The notes under the pieces: model-generated
Databases searched by the model: none
The model's input: the letters and a program-made list of their open reading frames with translations, nothing else
What the model was told of the DNA's origin: nothing
Position numbers and translations under genes: made by a program
Shown: positions 1 to 10,500 of the stretch, piece by piece
Layout: each line of letters starts with the position of its first letter
Numbering within the stretch: the stretch's first letter is position 1
Origin: Bacillales bacterium UBA2753
GTDB taxonomy: Bacteria > Bacillota_I > Bacilli_A > RFN20 > CAG-826
DNA length: 54,615 nucleotides
NCBI GenBank assembly: GCA_002353275.1
Contig: DEJH01000021.1
Coordinates: forward strand, 1-54,615
Reading direction: 5' to 3'

Positions 1-80
1 TTTGCTTCACTAACATCTCTTCCGGTAACATAACCACCATTAGATTTAATAATTTTAGAAATCTTTTCAAAATTAGTCAT
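1..80 (-). CDS. 5' end of a CDS running off the left edge (visible: MTNFEKISKIIKSNGGYVTGRDVSEA...); possibly an AbiEi-like wHTH N-terminus
   Basis: ATG at 80-78 (in-frame alternative ATG at 98-96), open to position 1. The pattern resembles AbiEi-type N-termini but only 26 aa are visible. Confidence 0.25.
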   Translation of the reverse strand, partial: MTNFEKISKIIKSNGGYVTGRDVSEA

Positions 81-305
81 ACTTGCATTTCCAACCATAT
101 TATATTGTTTTGTGGTTTAATTTGCAATATATTTATACATCCTGTTTATAACAACTTATGAGTTCACTAACATTGATGTTAACGGAACATCCTCCATTCT
201 TTCTTGATTTAGCTTGATAGAAAGCGTGTGTGCCTTTGTCCGTGTTGAGACATTTAAGGGCACGATTGATTGAATAGACACATCCATAAAAGTGAGTGTT
301 TTTTC

Positions 306-2492
306 TTATTTTTGAGAGATTTTTTTAGTTAAAGTGATAATTGAGTGATTATCAATATATTCATATTTATGAGTATCGACAAATTCTTTGACGATTTTTA
401 TCCCGAATCCGCCAATAGAGGCGTCTTTATCAATAGAAGTTAAATATTTGTCTTTATGATTCTTAAATGGATCATAGTCATTTCCGTTGGTCTTAATCTG
501 AATTGTTAAAACATTTTTAATGATAGAAAAATCAAAATCCATCACTAAATCATCTCTAGTTTCATAAGAGATAAAGTTATTAATTAGTTCATCTAAAATA
601 ATACCAACTTTAGCTTTAACTTCACTATCGATATAGAAGAATTTTTCATTAAATTTATCAACTACTTCATCAATTACAGAATAGTCTTTCTTTTCATAGT
701 GAAGAGATAATTTCTCTTCTTCACTTTTAACAATTAACATCGTTACATCATCAAATTGATCTTTACTACTAGTGAAAGCGTCTAGTCTCTTGTTAAGTTC
801 TTTAATAACTTCTTTTAATGGAAGAGAGGAGGTTTCTTGAAGAGTTTTTTCTATTCTTTCATAACCAAACTCTTCTCTTTCAGGATTAATTGATTCATTT
901 AATCCGTCCGTAAACATAAAGATGACATCACCTTTATGGAAGGCGTGTTTTTCCTCAACAAAATCAATATTATCAATTCCACCTAATACAAAGTTTGAAT
1001 TTCCTTCAAGTTTAATCACTTTGTTTTGAGAAATGATATAAGGTTTTTCGTGACCTGCATTAACATATCTAATTTCTTCTTTTTCGAAATTAATGATTCC
1101 AATAAAGGAAGTAACAAATAAGCTTTCATTATTATTTTCGTTAAGAGTTTCATTAACTTCTTTAACCGCTTTCGCTAAATTAGATTCACTCTTAAGTTGA
1201 GATTTAAGAAGAGCTTTGCTCTTCATCATGAATAAAGCAGCAGGAATTCCTTTACCTGAGACATCAGAAATAAGAATTGCTAGTTCATAATCATTAATAT
1301 AGAAATAATCATAGAAATCTCCACCGACTTCTTTAGCCGCTTTAATAAATGAACGGATCGAAACTTCATTATTATTAAAACTGGATTTTGGAAGAGCTTC
1401 TAATTGAATCTTACTTGCAATTTCAAGTTCAGCGTTAATTTTCTCTTTTTCTTTCGCATCTGCTTTAATGATATCAACGTAATTTATTAATTGATTTTCC
1501 ATCACTAAGAAGGAGTCACTTAGTGTTTTCATTTCATCAAAGGATTTAATATTTGGATCCACTAATTCAAAATTTGAGCCATTTTTAAGTTGAGAAGAAA
1601 TACCAAGAGCAGCTTTATTAAGCTTATTGATGTTTTTCACAAACATGAAATATGAAAGAATAGCATAAAGAATAATGACGACAAGTCCAGTAATCGTTAA
1701 GATAATGATTTCTCTTATTAAGATTGGACGATATTCATTAGCAACAGCAGCAGTGTCATATTCCACAAACATATATCCAATTGTCAATAAATCAGTACTA
1801 TCAGGATCATCGGTTTGAATCTCAATAAAACGAGTGGAATATTTCCCTAATTTAAATTCTTTAACATATTTATTGCCGATATCAGTAATAGAGTCTCCTG
1901 GCTTAAGATCATAAAAACTTCCAGCAACATGATAATAATTGCCTGTTTCGCGATAGCTTTCTAATCGAGAATCACCCATGAAAATCAAACGATTTTCGAT
2001 AGTTGGATGCCAAAAAGCGTAAAAAGCAGCTTGCCCACAATAAATAGCAGCCTTACTTAACAAAGGGTTAACGCGGTTATAATTTTCTTTAAACTGTAAA
2101 TATGGGAGTGAAGACGGCATACCTACAGGATAATAGAAACTAAAAACGTTAGAATAAACTTGCTCATACTCTTTAAAGGAAGAGTAGTTACTTTGGATAG
2201 CGATATTAACTGGGTCATCAGCAGGAAGCGCTAATAAGGTATCGTTGACATATTTTTTAACTGCGGCAAATGAATTGATGTTATCAGCTGAATTTGGGTT
2301 AGTTAAGTTATAATCAACTTGAGCGGTTTCAAGAGATTCAATCGCATAATTATTTAAATCTCTTTTCGCTCTTTCTTGCATGTTGTTATAGTTGACAATA
2401 ATCGCAACTGTGGACGCAATAAAAGAAGTGATAATTCCTAAAAGAATTACCTTTAAAAGTATCGGAAAACGAATCTTTTTCTTTTTATTCAT
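306..2492 (-). CDS. Membrane sensor PP2C (SpoIIE/RsbU-type) phosphatase fused to a C-terminal RsbW-like HATPase domain
   Basis: N-terminal TM, about 230-aa extracytoplasmic region, second TM. PP2C motifs VGGDFYDYF, SDVSGKGIPAAL, FTDGLNES. C-terminal about 125 aa has an N-box-like ELINNF and a G-box IGGFGIKIV. Confidence 0.85.
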   Translation of the reverse strand: MNKKKKIRFPILLKVILLGIITSFIASTVAIIVNYNNMQERAKRDLNNYAIESLETAQVDYNLTNPNSADNINSFAAVKKYVNDTLLALPADDPVNIAIQSNYSSFKEYEQVYSNVFSFYYPVGMPSSLPYLQFKENYNRVNPLLSKAAIYCGQAAFYAFWHPTIENRLIFMGDSRLESYRETGNYYHVAGSFYDLKPGDSITDIGNKYVKEFKLGKYSTRFIEIQTDDPDSTDLLTIGYMFVEYDTAAVANEYRPILIREIIILTITGLVVIILYAILSYFMFVKNINKLNKAALGISSQLKNGSNFELVDPNIKSFDEMKTLSDSFLVMENQLINYVDIIKADAKEKEKINAELEIASKIQLEALPKSSFNNNEVSIRSFIKAAKEVGGDFYDYFYINDYELAILISDVSGKGIPAALFMMKSKALLKSQLKSESNLAKAVKEVNETLNENNNESLFVTSFIGIINFEKEEIRYVNAGHEKPYIISQNKVIKLEGNSNFVLGGIDNIDFVEEKHAFHKGDVIFMFTDGLNESINPEREEFGYERIEKTLQETSSLPLKEVIKELNKRLDAFTSSKDQFDDVTMLIVKSEEEKLSLHYEKKDYSVIDEVVDKFNEKFFYIDSEVKAKVGIILDELINNFISYETRDDLVMDFDFSIIKNVLTIQIKTNGNDYDPFKNHKDKYLTSIDKDASIGGFGIKIVKEFVDTHKYEYIDNHSIITLTKKISQK

Positions 2493-2503
2493 CCTTTATT
2501 AGC

Positions 2504-2800
2504 CTATTTAACAGTTAAGACGTTATTAAAACCTGTCACCTTAAAGACTTCTTGGCAGATTGGATTAAGGTTATGGATTTCAAGTTCTTTTTTACAAGCA
2601 CTTAAAGATTTCTTAAGCGCTAATAAAGCACGTAAACCAGCAGAAGAAATATATTCGAGTTCTTTCATGTCAATGATGACAACCTCTTCTTTAATTTCTT
2701 CCTTATTCATTTTTTCAGTAAAATCAACTGAAGTAACTGTGTCGAGTCTTCCTTTTAAAGAGACGACTAGTTCTTTTTCGTGTTTGATACTAATTTCCAT
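2504..2800 (-). CDS. STAS-domain anti-sigma-factor antagonist (RsbV/SpoIIAA-like)
   Basis: 98 aa. Canonical ELEYISSAGLRALL phospho-serine loop (codons at 2633-2659). Lies 3 nt after the MATE ORF and 11 nt before the PP2C ORF. Confidence 0.9.
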   Translation of the reverse strand: MEISIKHEKELVVSLKGRLDTVTSVDFTEKMNKEEIKEEVVIIDMKELEYISSAGLRALLALKKSLSACKKELEIHNLNPICQEVFKVTGFNNVLTVK

Positions 2801-2803
2801 TTT

Positions 2804-4558
2804 TTATACTCCTTTAATTTTGATTTCTAAAACTGTGTTATTTAAATTAAGTATACGCATGTATGAGATTTTATCGGTAAGGTTTTTGATAAGTTTTATT
2901 CCACTAGTAGAATAATTCTCATTTTCATCGAAGTCATATTTAGTTGGGTCAAATGGAACTCCATCATCTCTAATACGTAATAATAAAGTGTCATCAACTA
3001 ACTTCATATTAACATCGATATAGTTGCGTTTTTCTTTTTTATATCCATAACAAATGATGTTATCCACCATCTCTTCAGCAGCTAGTCCAACAATTGAACT
3101 TTCTCTATCAGGAACATTATGTTTTTTAGCAAATTCGATGATTTGTTCAGAAACGATAGAAGCATTTACTTCTTCGTTTTCTAAAGAAACATCAAATGTT
3201 TCTGGATCGATATCTTCACACATCAAGATACCTTTATATTTCTTTTTCTTATCATAAATAAGAATGAAGACGTAAACAATGATCACCGTGGCAATTTCGT
3301 TAACCGCGCAAGCGATCGAATAACCAAGTAAACCATGAGTGAATAAAAGCACTAAAGTTAATGGAAGAACAATGATTAATTCTCTTAATAAGACTGTTAA
3401 CATCGATGGGATGTTTTTATCAATAGTTGGATAATAATTCATTGAGAATTTATTAATCTCATATGGGATGAAGGAGATGAGATATACCCATAGCATCGTG
3501 TTAATATAATCGACATTTTCCGTTGGGGTAAAGCCGAAGATTTGGCAATACGCTTTTGGGAAAATAAGGATGAATAATGAAATTAAGACTGTAATTATAA
3601 TATTGATCCAATAGATCTTTCTTGCGATCGATTTAAGGGAATAATAATCTTTTTCTCCATAAAAGATTCCGCATAGGTTAGGAATGATATTAAGCACTCC
3701 TCCACAAAGTAGATCAAAAAGGAAGACCATGTTAGAGATTAATCCATAAATAATTAAATCAAAATCATTAAAGAGTTTACCGATAAAGATATTAACAATT
3801 AACATTTGAACCGCGGTTAAAAGTAAGTTTAAAGCAGAAGTCGAAGTCGCTTTAAAGATTTCTTTTCCACTACTTTCTTTAAGATTAAAGGTAATTTTAA
3901 GCATTCTTTTCTTACTGGCGAAATAGAAGATAACAACAATTAAACCAACAAAATAACCCGCACCAGTAGATAAAGCCGCTCCATACATTCCCCAATCAAA
4001 GACTTTGATGAATAAGATTTCTAAACCAACTTTAGCGATATTACTTAAAATATAGAAAATTGATGATAATCTAGGATTATTATCAACCGCCATAAAGGAA
4101 CCAATTAATAAAGCAAAAGTAATAATTGGATCAGTCACTAAATACATCATGATATATTCAGTCGCGTATTGTTGATATAAAGCATTACCATCACTAAAAA
4201 GGGAAGCTAAAGGAGCAGAGATAGGATAAGCAATAGCAGCAAAGAGAATAGAAATACCCATTCCAACAATAAGAGAGAACGAATATGCTTTTTTTGCTCC
4301 TATTTCATCTCGTTTACCAAGTAAAGTCGCGACCACTATCGCGCCCCCAATTCCTAAAGCAAATCCAGGAATCTGAACGACATATAATATTGGCATCACT
4401 AAACTAGAAGCACTAAGAGCTTCATTGCCAATAAAGTTACCAACTAAAATTCCATCAACAAGCGAACCAAATTGCATCGCAAAAATCATTAATATTGATG
4501 GAATGAGATAAGTAATGAATTTACGATTTATCAATTTAGCGTTTCTAACTAAACTCAT
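2804..4558 (-). CDS. MATE-family efflux transporter with a C-terminal RsbW/SpoIIAB-like (HATPase_c_2-type) cytoplasmic domain
   Basis: About 445 aa of 12-TM MATE-like core (N-terminal LVDGILVGNFIGNEALSA). An extra tail of about 135 aa (about 2804-3195) has N-box AAEEMVDNII, G1-like IRDDGVPFDP and a degenerate G2 (STSGIKLI). Its start overlaps the NRPS stop (ATGA, 4555-4558). Confidence 0.8.
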   Translation of the reverse strand: MSLVRNAKLINRKFITYLIPSILMIFAMQFGSLVDGILVGNFIGNEALSASSLVMPILYVVQIPGFALGIGGAIVVATLLGKRDEIGAKKAYSFSLIVGMGISILFAAIAYPISAPLASLFSDGNALYQQYATEYIMMYLVTDPIITFALLIGSFMAVDNNPRLSSIFYILSNIAKVGLEILFIKVFDWGMYGAALSTGAGYFVGLIVVIFYFASKKRMLKITFNLKESSGKEIFKATSTSALNLLLTAVQMLIVNIFIGKLFNDFDLIIYGLISNMVFLFDLLCGGVLNIIPNLCGIFYGEKDYYSLKSIARKIYWINIIITVLISLFILIFPKAYCQIFGFTPTENVDYINTMLWVYLISFIPYEINKFSMNYYPTIDKNIPSMLTVLLRELIIVLPLTLVLLFTHGLLGYSIACAVNEIATVIIVYVFILIYDKKKKYKGILMCEDIDPETFDVSLENEEVNASIVSEQIIEFAKKHNVPDRESSIVGLAAEEMVDNIICYGYKKEKRNYIDVNMKLVDDTLLLRIRDDGVPFDPTKYDFDENENYSTSGIKLIKNLTDKISYMRILNLNNTVLEIKIKGV

Positions 4559-7500
4559 ATATCGGTCCTTTCAAAGAAACCAAGGGTTTCAAGCGATTCA
4601 ATTGCATTTTTTAAATAACTATAATCTGTAATTGGCCATTTATAACCAAGGTGATACAAACTCTTATTAGTGAATTCATTATCACTCAAAATGAATGAGT
4701 GAGTGTGCATATCACTTGATGAATATGAAATTAGAGAAGAAACAAGCATGCTCTTAGATTCATCTAACATCATCTCTTTCATCGAAGCGAGGAATTCATC
4801 ATCAGGAGTAACTTCAATGTTAAAGCCAAGTTCATTTAAAACAGCGATAATATCTCCCATCTGCACCATATGTGAATTAGCGGAATGGAAGACAGTAAAT
4901 TTAGATGGAGTCTTGGCTAAAAGAATAATCGTTTTAGCGACTTCGTCAATTGGAGAGAAGTCAACTTCCACATCCATCGAATTAACAGGGTACTTTTTAA
5001 GAGTGACATATCCTTTTAAATCTCTCATGAAGCCATTAGTAATCGAGTTAGCTTGGAACTCACCATCTTTTTGTCGGCTCATTAAGTTACCGACACGGAT
5101 AATCTTGCCGTCTAATTTACCTTCATCAACCGCATTTAATAAGGCTTTTTCAGCATCAAATTTAGAGTGGACATATTTATTAGAGACATCTTGACCAAAG
5201 TCTAACATATCTTCTTTCATCCTGAAGGATGGCGCAAATTTCTCATCGATATTTTCTCCAGCAACGGATAAGGTGGAGATTTGGATTAAACGAGCGCCTT
5301 TCTTCTCAGCGATATTAATTAAATTTTTCACTCCACCGACATTAACTTGTTCAATGATGTCACTATTAGCGAAATGTTTAACAATCGCTGCAGAGTTAAT
5401 GATTAAATTAAAGTCGTAATCTTTTAATTTCTCATAAAGCGATTCATCTGTGACATCTCCATCAACAATTTCAACATATTCATTGACTTCATCAATTAAT
5501 GGGGAATCAAAATAATAGGCTAATAAAGCTAGGAGACGATCTTTCGCGTTAAGTTTGCCTCCTCTAATCAAAGCGACAACTTTCACTTTTTGATCTAATA
5601 ATTCTTTAAGAATATGAATTCCTAAAAATCCAGTTGAGCCAGTGAGAAGAACTTTTTTCACTTCAAAATCAATTTTGATATCGTTAACTTCACTGACGAC
5701 GTTATGGGAAAGAGAAGATAATTCTGCTTTTTCTTCTTTCTTTTCCTCTTTAGTTTCAACTTTACCTCCTGAAATAGAAGCGATATATTCTTCAAGTTCT
5801 AATACTGTGGAATGATCAAAGACATCACCATAAGCAATTGGTAATCCCATATTAAGCGCAAGCATCGCAACTTTAGAAACGCTTAAAGAAGTTCCTCCCA
5901 TTTCAAAGAAATCATCATCCACTCCAACTTCTTCTTTTCCAAGAGCTTTCTTAAATAAAGTTAAGAGTTTTTCTTCTAATTCGTTAGAAGCTTTCTTCAC
6001 TTCTTTATGTTCGACTTTCATTTCGATTTCTGGAAGTGATTTTTTATCAATCTTACCATTTGGGGTAAGTGGGAATTTATCTAACTGCATCACCACTTTT
6101 GGAACCATATATGGAGTTAAGTATTTACTCATATGATTAAGTAAATCATCTTTATCAACCTGGCTAGAGGCGGTGAAATAAGCGGCTAGATAATCGCCTT
6201 CGACTTGGCTTTGTTTTACTAAGATGATGCTTCTAGTAACTGTTTTATAAGAGTTAAGGACTCTTTCGATTTCATCGAGTTCTACTCTTAAGCCTCTTAA
6301 TTTGACTTGGTTATCAAGTCGACCAAAGAATTCAATATTGCCTTCACTATTAATTCGAGCCATATCACCACTTCGATAAGCTTTTATTCCATTAACTTCA
6401 ATAAATACTTCTTTAGTTTTTTCAGGCATTCCTAAATAACCTAAACCAACAGATTCTCCAGCGATTGTTAAATCTCCAATCGCGTTAGTTGGCAATAAGT
6501 GTCCTTTTTTATCAAGAATATAGGTTTTAGTATTAGCGACTGGTTTACCAATCGTCATATATTTATCTTTTACTAAAGAATAAGTTGCGGTAATCGTTGT
6601 TTCAGTTGGACCATAACCGTTAAGAATATTGGCATTAACTCCTAAATTTCTTAAGCGATTACATAATTCCATTGGAACAGCTTCCGCTCCCATATCGAGG
6701 TATTTAAATCCTTTTAGAGCCTCAACAAAGACATCGATGTCTAATAAGTTAGACACGAAGGAAGGAGTCATAAACATGAATTTCACTTTGTTATCTTTCA
6801 ATGTCTTAGCGAGCAACATTGGGTTTTCAATTTCTTCTTCACTAGCAATAACTGCGGTATAACCATGCGTTAAAGGAATGAATTCTTCTTGTAAAGAAGC
6901 ATCGAAAGAAAGAGAGGCAAATGAGCAAGAAACACATTCTTCTCCAATATCGCGATATGCGTGAGTGGCTAAGTTAGAGCCATCACTAACATAGTTAGCC
7001 AAATTCTTATGAGCGATCATCACTCCTTTTGGTCGACCAGTCGAGCCAGAAGTATAAATGACATAAGCTAAGGAAGAAAGTGGAATCTTCACATTAGGAT
7101 TTTTATCTTTTTTATTTTCTAAAATATCTTCAATTGCCAAAGCTTTAACTTTTGCTTCTTTAATTAAAGCTTGTTTTTCTTTAATGATATCTTTAGTGGA
7201 GATCAAATATTTGCTTCCTGAATTAGAGATGATATAACTCACTCGATCATCAGGATATTTAGGATCAACTGGGACAAAAGCTCCTCCACTTTTAACGATA
7301 CCTTGTCTAACAACATAGGATTCTTTAATTCGAGGCATGAACATGATTACACATTCACCAAGTTTAAGATTGTTATCGAGTAAAGTATGAGCGACTTTAT
7401 TAGCGCCACTATTGAGCTCTTGATATGTTAATTTACCGTTTTTAGCGATAACAGCAACTTTATCAGGGTGTTTGTCAGCTTTTTCTTCAAGAAGAATATT

Positions 7501-10500
7501 CACTGTCTTATTTTGGATTTCAACCTCAGTAGCGTTATTCTTCTTTAAGAATTCTTCATCATATTTTGGGAGAGTGTTAATTTCTCCAACACTCTTTTTA
7601 GTTAATAATTTATTTAAGACTAATTCATATAAACGGTTAAATGAATCAATTGTGTCTTTATTATAAATAGAAGTATCCCATTCATAATGAGCGCGATATT
7701 TATTATCTTCTAAGAAGATATCTAGCCCGAAATCACTCTTAGGAGTTTCACTTTCCATTAATATTGGAGTGACTTTATGTCCTCCGATTTCTTCAAAATT
7801 GAAGTTATCTCCTTGATAAGCGAAGATAATGTTCGCTTTTAAGTTATAATCGTTAACGATATCACCAAATGAATAAATATCATTTTCTTCTAAATTAGAG
7901 AGAAGTTCTTTCATCTCATTAAGCTTATTAAGAACATTTTCTTCATCATTATATTTAATAAAGACCGGTAAGGTTTTCACTAACATCGAAACTGTATTCA
8001 TCACTTTTGAAGATTTACGTCCGTTATATATAGTTTCGTAAAGCGCTTCTTCTTTATAAATGAATTTAGATAAGGTGAAAGCAAAGGCAAAATTAAACAA
8101 AGCGTTATTCGTTAATTTGTTTTTGCTTATGAATTCTTTAACTTTCTCATTATCTAAAGATAATGTGACATCAACGGATTCTAATTTAGATTCATCTAAG
8201 ACTTTTAAATCTTTCTTTAAAACATATTCTCCATCGACATCTTTAAGAACGTTATTATAGAAGGCTTTAGCCTTTTCTAATTTATCAGAAGCCAAATCGT
8301 CTTTTTCTTTTAAGGCCACTTCATAACCAGTAAATGATTCACTAGTTAATTCTTCTCCTAGATAAGCTTTATTAATATCCTCTAAGATAATTGCTTCAGA
8401 AGAACCATCGCAAAGGATATGATGGAAATCTAAGAAGAGATAATTTTCTTTCCCTTGATAGATTTCAACGCGATATAAAGTGGAATTTAAAATTGAGAAT
8501 GGTCTCACTAATTTCTTGATATCGATTTCTTCTTTGATTAAATCAACTTTGGCTTTTTCTTTATTGCGTTTAGCTAAAATATCACCATTATCATTCATAT
8601 ATAAGATTGATTTAAGATATGGGTGATTATCAATCGCTTTTTCCACTGCTACTTTTAATTTATTTAGATCGATATTCTTATCAAGTTTAAATAAATATGG
8701 AATGTTATAGTTTGTGGAATTAGCTTTAGAAACACATTCAACAAAAATTCCTTCTTGAGTTTTGCTTAATGGATATTCTTCTCTAATTTCATATCTCTTT
8801 TCTTCTTCTTTATTAGCGAGGAAAGAAGCTAAAGAGGCAATGGTTGGATTCTCTTTTAAGTCAGCGTTTTCCACTGATTTATCATATTTCTTTGATAAAA
8901 GAATCGTAAATCTAATCGAACTAACTGAAGTTAATCCAACTTCGAATATATCGTTAGTAACTCCGAATTGATCATGCCCAAGGATATCTTTTAAGATATC
9001 AAAGATCTCTTGTTCGTCTTTATTTCTTGGCGCGACAATTTCTTCTACTTTAAGTTCAGGAACTGGTAGAGCGCGTTTATTGACCTTTTGGTTTTGATTA
9101 AGTGGAATCTTATCGATTTGCATCGTATACGCTGGAACCATATATGGTGGCTTTCTTTCTAAGATAAAAGCGTTAAGAGATTCAACATCAATCTTTTTAT
9201 CGCTTACCACATAAGCAACGATATATTTCACTCCACTTGGGTCAGTGAAATCTTTAACAGTCGCATCTTTAATATTTGGATAATCTCTAATGACTTTTTC
9301 GACTTCAGAGAGTTCCACTCTAAAGCCACGTATTTTCACTTGTCCATCTTTTCGACCGATGAAATCAATTGTTCCATCTTCTAATAAGCGGACAATATCT
9401 CCAGTTTTATATAATCTTTCAAATTTTTCTTCTTTATCGATGAAGTTAGTTAAGAAAGCTTCTTTATTTTCTTTTTCTCTATTTAAATAGCCTCTAGCGA
9501 CTTGTGGGCCAGAAATATATAGTTCTCCACTAGTGAGAATAGGAAGTCTCTTCTTATTTTTATCTAAAACATAAATCTTATAGTCGGATAGGCATTTACC
9601 AATTGGGATACGGTGATAATTTTCTTTCACCTCTTGAGCGGTGCAGAAGACTGTTCCTTCAGTTGGTCCATATAAATTAAAGAATTTAACTCCTTTAGGT
9701 GGATCCATTGGAACAAGCTTTTCTCCTCCAACCATGAAATATTTAAGGGATTTAACTTCAATTTCACTGATGAATTGACGACCGACTTGAGTGGTCATAA
9801 ACGCATGGGTGATTTTGTTTTGATTATAATATTCACCAAGTTCAACAAGATTAAGTCTCATCTCATCAGGAATGATATATACGGTTGCTCCACTAGTAAG
9901 AGATGGATATAAATCCATCATATCAGCGTCAAAGCCATATGAAGCATAAGCAGCATTACGACATCCTACTCCTAAATTAAATTCTTGACGGTAATATCGA
10001 CAGAAACTAAAGATGTTACCGTGCTCTAACATAACTCCTTTAGGAACACCAGTTGAGCCAGAAGTATAAAGCATAATGAATAAATCTTTAGGGGATGGAC
10101 GGGTTTTGATTTCTCGATCATCTTTTAAAGAGAGTAAATCTTCAGTAAAGATCGTGTGTCCTTTAAAGTCATCGACTAAATCATCGAGTTCTTTCTCTCT
10201 AATAAGGATAATTGCACTACTATCTTTAACCATGAAAGTTAATCGATCTTTTGGATAAGACGGATCTAATGGTTGATAAGCGGCTCCACTTTTAATGACG
10301 CCTAAACTTGCTAAAACGATATATTCGCTTTTCTTAGTGAGAATAGAGACGACTTTTTCTTTTTTGGCACCGAGTCTAATTAATTCGTTAGCGATTCTCG
10401 TCGAGATTTGATCAACTTCTTTATAGGTATATTTTTTATCTTTATAGACCACTGCGATTTCATTAGGGTGTTTCTTCACTACTTCATAGAAATCATCAAG

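Noticed and set aside
156-287. 43-aa minus-strand ORF (MDVSIQSIVPLNVSTRTKAHTLSIKLNQERMEDVPLTSMLVNS) between the PP2C gene and the partial left-edge gene.
   Set aside because: No RBS and no recognisable motif. It could be a gene remnant, but the evidence is insufficient.
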